Shown here piece by piece: positions 1 to 8,295 of a stretch of 64,000 nucleotides of DNA. Made by a program: the position numbers and the translations under genes. Origin of the DNA: an uncultured Candidatus Saccharibacteria bacterium (GTDB lineage Bacteria; Patescibacteriota; Minisyncoccia; Phycocordibacterales; UBA12445); NCBI GenBank assembly GCA_964531375.1, contig CAZHDO010000004.1, forward strand, positions 147 through 64,146. Reading direction: 5' to 3'. The notes below the pieces were generated by a model, which worked only from the letters and a program-made list of their open reading frames with translations, made no database searches and was not told where the DNA came from. How positions within the stretch are numbered: position 1 is the first letter of the stretch; every line of letters starts with the position of its first letter.

Positions 1-121
1 TCGAAAGCCAGAGCACGGTTTTCCCATTCCTTCCTCTACGGGGAAAAATACTTTTCCCTGACTCCTTTTTGTGCGAATCCCCTCCTAAAAGATAAAAATC
101 GCCGTTGTTGGCGATTTTTGT

Positions 122-169
122 AATTGTTGCGGAGACCGGATTCGCACCGGTGCCCCAAGGTTATGAGCC
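122..169. repeat. 48-bp direct repeat (distal att-like copy) duplicating the 3' portion of tRNA-Met at 25155..25202
   Basis: The string attgttgcggagaccggattcgcaccggtgccccaaggttatgagcc occurs at 122..169 and at 25155..25202. The second copy overlaps the T-arm and acceptor 3' half of a tRNA on the minus strand. Confidence 0.8.
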
Positions 170-376
170 AGCCTTTGTGGTTTCTAAAATATCCTTATAA
201 TTCCAAATTATTGTTGATATATAAGGTTAATTTTAGATATTTGGATTTATCAGAAATTATCAAATTTGTCATATATTCTCACTTTTTGGGCAACGGGAGG
301 GCAACGTTTTTTGCGCTCTCATCTGTATTATTATCCAAAGTAGGCATGGTAAGCGAGAATAAAAAATGGCGAGCTT

Positions 377-404
377 GGAATAAAAAGACCCCTTTTAAAA
401 GAGG
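377..404 (-). terminator. Rho-independent terminator-like hairpin (gacccc-ttttaaaagag-ggggtc, then T-run) downstream of the 460..969 operon; potentially bidirectional
   Basis: 6-bp GC stem followed by ttttt; an A-run precedes it on the plus strand, so it is T-flanked on both strands. Confidence 0.5.
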
Positions 405-459
405 GGGTCTTTTTGTGGGTAAATTCTTATTTTAACCCCCACTTAAAATCACTAGACAG

Positions 460-969
460 CTATTTGTAAATAGCTATTATTTGTCTAATTATTAGTTCTT
501 CTGGTTTAAGAAAATATCCAGTAAAATCAAACCAAACTTTCATAAAATCTTCTTTATCTATTTTTCTTTCGTGTCCAATTTCAGGATCTTGTAAATAAAT
601 ATTTTTATCATCAATTCCAAAGGCAACAGAATAATGACCATCTGCAACTTCTGAATCGTCATAATCACTTCTCCCTCTCGTAAACCAATCAACAATCACA
701 GGCACACCTTTTTTTAACCAGTTCTCAATATCTTTAAAATCACACTCGTTTTTAATTTCAGCTTTTAAACCGAAGAATTCTACCGCTTTTACGATCCCTT
801 TATCGTCAACACCAATCCCCTTAACCAAGCCTGCAATTTTGGCAATTTCTTTTTCTGTCTTGTCTATTCCGTAATAGTTTAAAACTATTTTTAAAGATGC
901 TGGGCCGCACATATCGGCGTGTAGTGTTTCTTGGAATGGTTTTACGTCTAACATTATTTTCTTTTTCAT
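460..969 (-). CDS. papain-fold cysteine peptidase-like protein (peptidase C39-like / BtrH_N-like)
   Basis: Putative catalytic Cys in HADMCGPASLKIVLNYYG and His in GHYSVAFGID, followed by an Asp-rich segment. 4-nt overlap (ATGA) with the upstream ATP-grasp gene. Confidence 0.55.
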   Translation of the reverse strand: MKKKIMLDVKPFQETLHADMCGPASLKIVLNYYGIDKTEKEIAKIAGLVKGIGVDDKGIVKAVEFFGLKAEIKNECDFKDIENWLKKGVPVIVDWFTRGRSDYDDSEVADGHYSVAFGIDDKNIYLQDPEIGHERKIDKEDFMKVWFDFTGYFLKPEELIIRQIIAIYK

Positions 970-2309
970 TTTTTTATATTATCCTGCTTAAAAATATGTG
1001 TCAATTTTTCATGAATATCTAACACTCTTTGTTTCGTTTTACCAAAAATAACACAAGAAAAAATACAATGATATGAATCAACCGCTACCAATACAACCCC
1101 CTCCTTTTTACCATTTATCGGAAAAAGTATTTGTTTAATTTTATTAAAGATATTTTCAGCTGATAGTATTTTTTCACCGTAGCAAAAAGAATCCGAAGAC
1201 AATGCTATTGTTTTACTAAACCAACGATCCCCAAATACGTGTCTAGTTAAATCATAAACATGAGTTCCACCTGTTCTTCTAACATTAGTCTCGATTGGAA
1301 ACGTTATCCCCTTTTTAGACATAATAAAATCTACATCCAAAAAACCTCGATAACCCAATTTAAAATAACGTTGACCAATCGCATTTCCAATTTTTCTTAT
1401 CTGTTTGTCTATGCTTGTTTTTACACAATTTTTGCCAATTACAATACCAAGAAAACATCCAAATTTATCAACAATCTGATTACATACATAAGTAATTTTA
1501 GAACATTTATCATCAATGAAAATCTCTAAAGACGGAGAGCTTTGGTCATTGTTAGATGAAGGAATAAACTCCTCAACAACAAAAGGATAAAAATTCCAAA
1601 TTGAATCGCTGTTTAATATTGACTTGATTTTACTTATCAACTCCTCTTCTGATGAATATTCGTCGCGGTGAACCATATAAACTCCCCAACCGCCCTCTCC
1701 TGAATATACTTTAATTATCGAGGATTTATTTTTTTTATACATCCAGACAACTGTATCTAAAACCTCTTTCTTGCCCCTACAGATAAAAAACTCTGGAACT
1801 GGTATAGATAAATCTTTCGTCTCGACTCTAAAACCCACCTTCGAACCGAGATAATCCACGAGCCACTGTGCGTTATTTAAAGGTTCCTGATCAACCTTAA
1901 ACAAAAGCTTTTGACCCCTTAATATATTAATTAATTTAGAAAAACTTTCAGTAAAACAATATGAAGAAATAATAATCTTTGGATTATCCCTGATAATACT
2001 AACAATCCTATCCATCAAACAACTATCGTTAATAATTGCATCCGATAAATTAATGTCCATATTCTCAGGAAACAAATTTACGATGTTTTCATACCCCAAA
2101 GACTTTGCATATAAAATAATAGATTTATCTACAGGAAAAGGTGTTATAACAATCTTATTGTCCCCTTCCCAAAACAAAAACCTACTAGACAAAAAATGCT
2201 CTTTGCGAATCTTAGATATTCTTTGAGCCTTGTCTTCGATACTGTTTATTATTGAGGAAAATGCTTCAGTATCATTGGCAATTATTATATTTTTAATTCT
2301 ATTTTTCAT
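966..2309 (-). CDS. ATP-grasp superfamily ligase (divergent)
   Basis: Central VVEEFIP motif and C-terminal RGFLDVDFIM...PIETNVRRTGGTH Mg/ATP-binding-like motif. Translationally coupled to the 460..969 gene. Confidence 0.5.
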   Translation of the reverse strand: MKNRIKNIIIANDTEAFSSIINSIEDKAQRISKIRKEHFLSSRFLFWEGDNKIVITPFPVDKSIILYAKSLGYENIVNLFPENMDINLSDAIINDSCLMDRIVSIIRDNPKIIISSYCFTESFSKLINILRGQKLLFKVDQEPLNNAQWLVDYLGSKVGFRVETKDLSIPVPEFFICRGKKEVLDTVVWMYKKNKSSIIKVYSGEGGWGVYMVHRDEYSSEEELISKIKSILNSDSIWNFYPFVVEEFIPSSNNDQSSPSLEIFIDDKCSKITYVCNQIVDKFGCFLGIVIGKNCVKTSIDKQIRKIGNAIGQRYFKLGYRGFLDVDFIMSKKGITFPIETNVRRTGGTHVYDLTRHVFGDRWFSKTIALSSDSFCYGEKILSAENIFNKIKQILFPINGKKEGVVLVAVDSYHCIFSCVIFGKTKQRVLDIHEKLTHIFKQDNIKK

Positions 2310-2389
2310 ACGTATTATAAGTTATAAAAAAGAGGTGGCTAAGCTTTCGATCAGTCCACCTCTCTCTTTTTTATCACAAAAAATAAACA

Positions 2390-3391
2390 CTAAAGACCAT
2401 AACGCTTTTGAGCAATTAACAAAATTTGTTCAACAAGATATTCAAATGAATATCCGAGGAAACTAGCCATCATGGTAAGAGTATTATTCAAACCATGTGA
2501 ATTAGGACCAATGCCTGGGTTACAATTTGTCTCTAAAAGAAATATTTTTCCATCATCCGACAACCTGTAATCCATCCTCGCATAATCACAGCAGTCAGTC
2601 ATTAAAAATGCGATACGAGTATATTCTTGAAAAAGACGTACTAACTCGTCTGACAAAATCGCTTTTTCCATACCCTCTTTACCACCGCCCCACTTATACT
2701 CATACGAACGTATCCTCTGATAAGGCGGAATGTTTTCACCAAAAACAAACTCAAGAGGTGGAAAAATTTTAATATCTGACCGATTACCGATACAACCAAC
2801 AGAAATTTCTCTTCCCTGGATAAATTCTTCAACCAATACAGGTTGACGATACAACTGCGCGACATACTTAACCCTTTTTGAAAGCTCCTCTATACCCGAA
2901 ACAACACTGTCATAGGTTATGCCAATACTTGCATCTTCATACATCGGCTTAACAATAAGAGGAAACCTCAAATCAACAGCAACAACGTCTTGCTCAGGGT
3001 AAAATACCTGTCGCCTTGGAGTTGGAACGCCATATGTACTCAAAATTAAATTCATTTTCCCCTTATCGCGGGTAAAAATGAAGTTACGAAGAGAAGCACC
3101 TGTAAAGGGAATTTCCAGTGTTTCTAGAATCGCGATATTAAACACCTCACTGGAATTTGACCCACCAAAACCCTCTGCAAGATTAAAAACAATATCAACT
3201 TTTCCTTTTATCGCAGACAGCTTATCAAACAAATCAGGGGTTGATTCCATTAATTCAGCAGAATGACCCTTACTCTGCAAAACGTCCCGAACCAAGGGGG
3301 CAATAATGGTTATCTCTTTTTCACAAATCAGATCTTCTTTATTACCCCTCTTTAATGTCGTAGAAAGATTATACAGCACGATAATGTTCAC
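2390..3391 (-). CDS. ATP-grasp ligase, D-Ala-D-Ala ligase-like
   Basis: LIVKPMYEDASIGI (Ddl-like ATP-binding strand), EEFIQGREISVG, LLETNCNPGIG (E-x-N catalytic loop). Confidence 0.6.
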   Translation of the reverse strand: MNIIVLYNLSTTLKRGNKEDLICEKEITIIAPLVRDVLQSKGHSAELMESTPDLFDKLSAIKGKVDIVFNLAEGFGGSNSSEVFNIAILETLEIPFTGASLRNFIFTRDKGKMNLILSTYGVPTPRRQVFYPEQDVVAVDLRFPLIVKPMYEDASIGITYDSVVSGIEELSKRVKYVAQLYRQPVLVEEFIQGREISVGCIGNRSDIKIFPPLEFVFGENIPPYQRIRSYEYKWGGGKEGMEKAILSDELVRLFQEYTRIAFLMTDCCDYARMDYRLSDDGKIFLLETNCNPGIGPNSHGLNNTLTMMASFLGYSFEYLVEQILLIAQKRYGL

Positions 3392-3523
3392 TGGTTGTTT
3401 CTCCTTTAAAATGTTGGCTTAATTAAACAAAATTACGAAATTGCTCAATTTACGAAGAACTTAACCTCCTAAACATCAATCTATTCGAAACAAGTACCTT
3501 AGTCAAATCAAAATTAATTATTT

Positions 3524-5836
3524 TTACTTAGAATATAATCCCCTCTGCAAAGCATAAAAATTAGTCTGAATAGCTTCTACACCACCCAGCATTTGTTCTG
3601 CGTCTGAGATGGCGTGATATTTAAGGTTAAGTAATATTGGTAGTTGTTCCATACCGAGCTCATCAACACCTTTCTCCTCATACTTATCAAGAACGAAGTT
3701 TAGAAACTCCTTTTGTTTGTCGTCCAAGTCATCCAAGATAGCCACCCTGTTTGAAGCAACTCTATCTTTTCTAGAAATTGGCTGTGTAGCGAACTGAACA
3801 TAAGCAAGAACATCAAAGATATCGCTATCTTCGGCGCCTATTAATTTCTGAAGAACTTCTAACTCATCTCTACCATAACCGAGACCTGCTATCTTCTCCA
3901 AAAAGATCTTCCTAGTTTTTGGATCTGACCAGACCTTTCGCAACTCCTCTTCGTTCCTAAAGAAGTCGGGCATAATGCCAAACATATTCTGCATAAATTC
4001 TTCGACAGAAATCGGTCTTCCGTCTGCGCTCCAAAAAGAAGTGGCTATCATGTGCTGGATCTCTCTCTCCTTTCCATCTCGTAATTTTATTTTTAATTTC
4101 TTCACTGGTTCTTCTAATCCTTCCTGCACTTCGGATGATACTGGTGGATATTCGACGGCGGGTTTCTCTGCTTTTGGTTTTAGTGGATCTTCTGTTATAT
4201 CTGCTATAGGCTCCCCATCCCATTCAGGATCAGCAAAGTGATGATATGCGTCCACAAAATCTATAATAGTGAAATACTCTTTTCCTTCAAATAACCTTGT
4301 CCCCCTTCCGATAATCTGTTTGAACTCAATCATAGAATTAACCGGGCGCATTAAAACAATGTTCCTAATATTTCTTGCATCTACTCCGGTAGAAAGTTTC
4401 TGGGAAGTGGTCAGTATTGTTGGTATTGTTTTTTCGCTATCCTGAAACTCCTTCAAAAATTGTTCACCTCTTGTCCCATCATTTGCTGTAACACGGACAC
4501 AATAAAAAGGATCCTTACTCGTCTTATTTTGGTTTACAAGATCCCGGACAGCAGCGGCGTGCTCTTGCGTAGCACAAAAGACGAGAGTCTTCTCCTTTTG
4601 GTTTATCTCTTGAAGCATGAGCTTAACCCTCTTTTCCTCGCGTGCCTTTATTTCAATAATTCTATTAAAGTCTTCTTCTTTGTAAATTTTACCCTCTTCA
4701 ACTTCGCCCTCTATGATCTGGTCATCGGAAGTATAAACATACTCATCAAGTGTGGTCTGTATTCTTTTAACCCTAAACGGAGTTAAAAAACCATCATTAA
4801 TTCCTTCTTTTAGGGAATAAGTGTAAACAGGTTCTCCAAAATATTTATATGTGTCAACATTGTCTTTTCTTTTTGGTGTAGCAGTCATACCAATCTGAAC
4901 AGCCGGAGAAAAGTATTCTAAAATTGCCCTCCAGTTTGATTCATCATTTGCACCACCTCTATGGCACTCATCCACAAAAATTATATCAAAAAAGTCTTTT
5001 GGGTATTCACCATAGTATGGCGTATTATTCGGCCCACTCATAAATGTCTGAAATATAGTAAAGAAAACACTTCCATTTGTAGGAACACTACCCTTTTTTC
5101 TAATGTCCAATGGATTTATACGAACTAGAGCATCTTCTGGAAACACCGAGAAACCATTAAAGGCTTGATTTGCTAAAATATTTCTATCAGCCAAGAAAAG
5201 AATCCTAGGCCTTCTCACACAGTCCCGCTGTAAACTCCACCTTGTCTGAAAAAGTTTCCATGCAATTTGAAAAGTTATATCTGTTTTGCCTGTACCAGTG
5301 GCGAGTGTGAGAAGTATGCGCTGTTTATTTTCTGCGATAGCTTCTAGTGCTTTATTAACAGCAAGCTCTTTGTAATATCTAACACCAGAATCCCCAAACC
5401 TATTCTCAATAGTAATATCATTAAACTTCTCTCTCCATTCGTTTTGATCTGTATGAGTTCTATTCCAAAGTTCTTCGGGTGTGGGAAATTTGTCCACGTA
5501 TTCTTCATCACCCGTTTTCATATTTATCTGGTAAATTTCTTTACCATTAGTTGCGTAAGTATATTCTATTCTTAATTTTTGGGCATAAACTTTGGCTTGT
5601 GTGACTCCTTCTGTTGAGGGGTCATCTAATTTCTTAGCCTCAATTACAGCCAACTTTTCTTTTTTGTAAGACAAAATATAATCAGCTATCTCTGGCTTAC
5701 CACGGCCTCCACCCATTTGGATCTTTCCATCTGTAATACGAAACTCACGGTAGACTTTTGAGTCTTCAACAACACCCCATCCGCTTTCCTTAAGCTTTGG
5801 ATCTACATATTCAGCTCTTGTTTCTGATTCATTCAT
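3524..5836 (-). CDS. hsdR: type I restriction enzyme R subunit (HsdR)
   Basis: N-terminal HSDR_N-like segment, Walker A LATGTGKT, DEAH-box FVDECHR, helicase C-terminal motifs. Same strand as hsdM and hsdS. Confidence 0.85.
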   Translation of the reverse strand: MNESETRAEYVDPKLKESGWGVVEDSKVYREFRITDGKIQMGGGRGKPEIADYILSYKKEKLAVIEAKKLDDPSTEGVTQAKVYAQKLRIEYTYATNGKEIYQINMKTGDEEYVDKFPTPEELWNRTHTDQNEWREKFNDITIENRFGDSGVRYYKELAVNKALEAIAENKQRILLTLATGTGKTDITFQIAWKLFQTRWSLQRDCVRRPRILFLADRNILANQAFNGFSVFPEDALVRINPLDIRKKGSVPTNGSVFFTIFQTFMSGPNNTPYYGEYPKDFFDIIFVDECHRGGANDESNWRAILEYFSPAVQIGMTATPKRKDNVDTYKYFGEPVYTYSLKEGINDGFLTPFRVKRIQTTLDEYVYTSDDQIIEGEVEEGKIYKEEDFNRIIEIKAREEKRVKLMLQEINQKEKTLVFCATQEHAAAVRDLVNQNKTSKDPFYCVRVTANDGTRGEQFLKEFQDSEKTIPTILTTSQKLSTGVDARNIRNIVLMRPVNSMIEFKQIIGRGTRLFEGKEYFTIIDFVDAYHHFADPEWDGEPIADITEDPLKPKAEKPAVEYPPVSSEVQEGLEEPVKKLKIKLRDGKEREIQHMIATSFWSADGRPISVEEFMQNMFGIMPDFFRNEEELRKVWSDPKTRKIFLEKIAGLGYGRDELEVLQKLIGAEDSDIFDVLAYVQFATQPISRKDRVASNRVAILDDLDDKQKEFLNFVLDKYEEKGVDELGMEQLPILLNLKYHAISDAEQMLGGVEAIQTNFYALQRGLYSK

Positions 5837-5872
5837 AGATTTATTTTATTGTATTTGTTTTAAGAAATATTT

Positions 5873-6415
5873 TTATTTCTTTTGTAATGAATTTGGTATC
5901 TGCTCAAGAATATTCAATAATAGACCAACTGCATTTTCTACACGTTTTAAATCACAGCTTTTGTCCCTTGGTTTACTAAAATGGAAAGTATTTCTAACGT
6001 CATTAATCTCTAAAATCTCTTCCGCCAATTTTTCTTGAATAAGTTTCTTATCTCTAAAAAATACTATAAGTTCTTTTAAACCAATTTGATGTTCCTTCTT
6101 TTCAGCTATTTCTTGAACAGCAATCACTACTGGAAAATCCAATTTTTCTTTATGCCTGTATCCTGGCAACAATTGACTTGGATATTTATATTCAAAATAT
6201 TCAATTTTCTCACCGCGTTCTTTAAAAAAATACAAAAGCACAGCTTCTATTATAGAGATAACATATAAAATTATTACCCTATACACCTCCTCTTGGTATA
6301 GCTTATTTTGTTCATTTTCTTTAGCCTGTTTTGTGTAAAGTACAAAAATAAACTCCATAGAGTCTTCTAAGATTTTACGAAGTCCGTCGTCTTTAATAAA
6401 CTCAAGGTCAGACAT
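5873..6415 (-). CDS. hypothetical protein embedded in the type I R-M operon (candidate Abi/HEPN-like accessory)
   Basis: ORF between hsdR and hsdS. Contains NDVRNTFHF (R-x3-H), which is one residue short of the HEPN R-x4-6-H motif. Confidence 0.4.
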   Translation of the reverse strand: MSDLEFIKDDGLRKILEDSMEFIFVLYTKQAKENEQNKLYQEEVYRVIILYVISIIEAVLLYFFKERGEKIEYFEYKYPSQLLPGYRHKEKLDFPVVIAVQEIAEKKEHQIGLKELIVFFRDKKLIQEKLAEEILEINDVRNTFHFSKPRDKSCDLKRVENAVGLLLNILEQIPNSLQKK

Positions 6416-6421
6416 ATTTTT

Positions 6422-6595
6422 TTAATCAGACTTCTTTTGAGTCATCTTCAATAACTTCGAAAGGGACGGCAGACCTTCCTTTTTTAAAACAGTATGAAGC
6501 TGGGTATCTGATCTATAGCCCAAATCAACACCATATTTTTTCTCTATAGTTTTAACTAAAGTATCTCCCCTCTTTTTAGATATTAGCTTACTCAT
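6422..6595 (-). CDS. small hypothetical protein (57 aa), Lys-rich
   Basis: Hand-translated ORF MSKLISKKRGDTLVKTIEKKYGVDLGYRSDTQLHTVLKKEGLPSLSKLLKMTQKKSD in the hsdS-hsdR gap; not in the provided track. Confidence 0.3.
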   Translation of the reverse strand: MSKLISKKRGDTLVKTIEKKYGVDLGYRSDTQLHTVLKKEGLPSLSKLLKMTQKKSD

Positions 6596-6614
6596 AAATC
6601 AAGTTTAACATATT

Positions 6615-7706
6615 TTAAATTTCACCGCCAAAAGCTTTTTTAAGGACAGATTTTTTGAGCTCATCTAGATCAGCAAGTTTTTTGCTGTAAATTTCTTCTA
6701 GTTTTTTGGTTTCAACAGAGAGATCTTCTAATTTTTTAACAATTTCCTTTTGTTCAGAAATAGATTTTGGAAAAATGATTTCAATTGTTTGAAGTTCAGA
6801 TTTCACAAGACTTGGTATAGTTGTTCCTCTATTCATACTTTTGAAATCAATACCTAAGCATAAATAATAGACAAACCTTTTATCGATATCATTTTCATTT
6901 TTTGGGTAAAAACCAAATGCTGTATCTACATTCCAAAAACGTTCATCAATATAAATTGGTTTACTGATATTTCCCTTTCTCCCGATAATTGTTGTCCCTG
7001 CTTCACAAATGAAATCAGTTGCATAACCCATTACATTTCCAGCACTACCCAAAATTTTGTATTCACCCTTTTCAGATAATACTGCTTGTTGATTTTTACC
7101 GTTCCTAATTTCAATCATTTCCCCCAACTCCCTTTCCTCCCAACTATCCCCCGGATTCGCAAAAATACTCTGTAAATAAGATTCAAAAAGTTCGTGGGAG
7201 TTTTTTATATTTTTCTCTGCGTTTTCTTTCGCCTTAGCTGTCTTCTCAAAAACTTCGTCTAGGATTTTCACGATTCGGTTTTGTTCTGGGAGAGGTGGAA
7301 GGGGGATTTCGAAATTCATCATCTCTTTCATGTTCGCTCGTGGCATCCTTGCCCCAGTGCAAGTATCATTTATTTTTTCCACTATCTCGCCAGAGGTTAT
7401 CCAGTAGAATAAGTATTTCTTATCCAAAGCATTATCAGTTTTTATAGGAAATATTTCAGTTGAGCAATGACCGTCAAAATTCGGCAATAAGACCTTGTTA
7501 AGATAAGGTCTAAGTCTTCCATATAGTAGATACTCTTTATTAAATTTAAAAGTCACACTTTTTACCTTACGTGGTTTTATTGAGCCTATAAATTTACCTG
7601 TATTAGACTCAATGTCTTCCATCCCAATATATGGCAAAGACTCACCGTTATTGGGAGATTTATCAAAACTAGAAACATCGCCAAGTTTTTTTATTTGCCA
7701 AATCAT
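6615..7706 (-). CDS. hsdS: type I restriction-modification specificity subunit (HsdS)
   Basis: Conserved central repeat motif LPPLPEQNRIVKILDEVF. Two target-recognition-domain architecture. Confidence 0.85.
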   Translation of the reverse strand: MIWQIKKLGDVSSFDKSPNNGESLPYIGMEDIESNTGKFIGSIKPRKVKSVTFKFNKEYLLYGRLRPYLNKVLLPNFDGHCSTEIFPIKTDNALDKKYLFYWITSGEIVEKINDTCTGARMPRANMKEMMNFEIPLPPLPEQNRIVKILDEVFEKTAKAKENAEKNIKNSHELFESYLQSIFANPGDSWEERELGEMIEIRNGKNQQAVLSEKGEYKILGSAGNVMGYATDFICEAGTTIIGRKGNISKPIYIDERFWNVDTAFGFYPKNENDIDKRFVYYLCLGIDFKSMNRGTTIPSLVKSELQTIEIIFPKSISEQKEIVKKLEDLSVETKKLEEIYSKKLADLDELKKSVLKKAFGGEI

Positions 7707-7710
7707 GATA

Positions 7711-8295
7711 TTAAAAGAATTTTTGAAGTAATGGGGATAAAACCTGCCAAACGGTTAAAGAATTTGCAGCGACCTCTACCATCTTGGAAATACCCTGCAT
7801 TAGATTTTTAACAACATTCTTTTTACGATTCTCTGGTTTTTGGAACAATTCTTTAGTAATAATATCCAGACTTTCAAGGATTTCATCTTGTTGGTCTTTT
7901 ATCAAGCAGGGTTCAGTCAAGATTTTTTCAGAAAAACTTTTTATATTATCTGCCAATTCTTTTTGGGATGAAGAATATAGGGAATCAATAGTCTGGTTTA
8001 AATTTTGAATATTACCAGAATTCAAAATACCAATTTGGCTATTACTTATGGCTATGTGGTTGTTGTTTATTGTTCCGCCAGAGACCAATACTGGTCGCTT
8101 TACTGGATATCTTGGACCCATACTTATCCCGAACATAGAATCAATACTATCCATGGAGTAGTTCATCTCTTCTCTTAACATCTGAATATTTTTTTCATTC
8201 ATCTCTCGTACTGTTGCGTAGCAGTTCAGACATAGTAGCACCTTTTGATCACCTATCTCATACATTGCGTTGTTACTGCATTGGTAACATTTCAT
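7711..8295 (-). CDS. hypothetical zinc-ribbon protein inserted between hsdM and hsdS
   Basis: N-terminal C4 ribbon CYQCSN...CLNCYA then a predicted helical region. 4-nt overlap with the hsdM stop and 5 nt from the hsdS start. Confidence 0.45.
   Translation of the reverse strand: MKCYQCSNNAMYEIGDQKVLLCLNCYATVREMNEKNIQMLREEMNYSMDSIDSMFGISMGPRYPVKRPVLVSGGTINNNHIAISNSQIGILNSGNIQNLNQTIDSLYSSSQKELADNIKSFSEKILTEPCLIKDQQDEILESLDIITKELFQKPENRKKNVVKNLMQGISKMVEVAANSLTVWQVLSPLLQKFF

Noticed and set aside
1-122. T-loop-like string gtgcgaatcccctcc at about 72..86 as a possible further tRNA at the window edge
   Set aside because: No pairing T-stem or acceptor could be built. There are only two small hairpins (for example aaaatcgcc-gttgtt-ggcgatttt at 92..117), which are probably terminators.
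124-435. Track ORF of 103 aa on the plus strand
   Set aside because: It starts inside the 48-bp att-like repeat and runs through a terminator hairpin. It is low-complexity with no motif and is probably non-coding.
3957-4241. Antisense and overlapping short ORFs inside hsdR (3957..4223, 3975..4241, 4460..4786) and inside other long genes (for example 34153..34650, 22002..22754, 58042..58804)
   Set aside because: They are fully nested in well-supported long CDSs on the other strand or in another frame, with no motifs.
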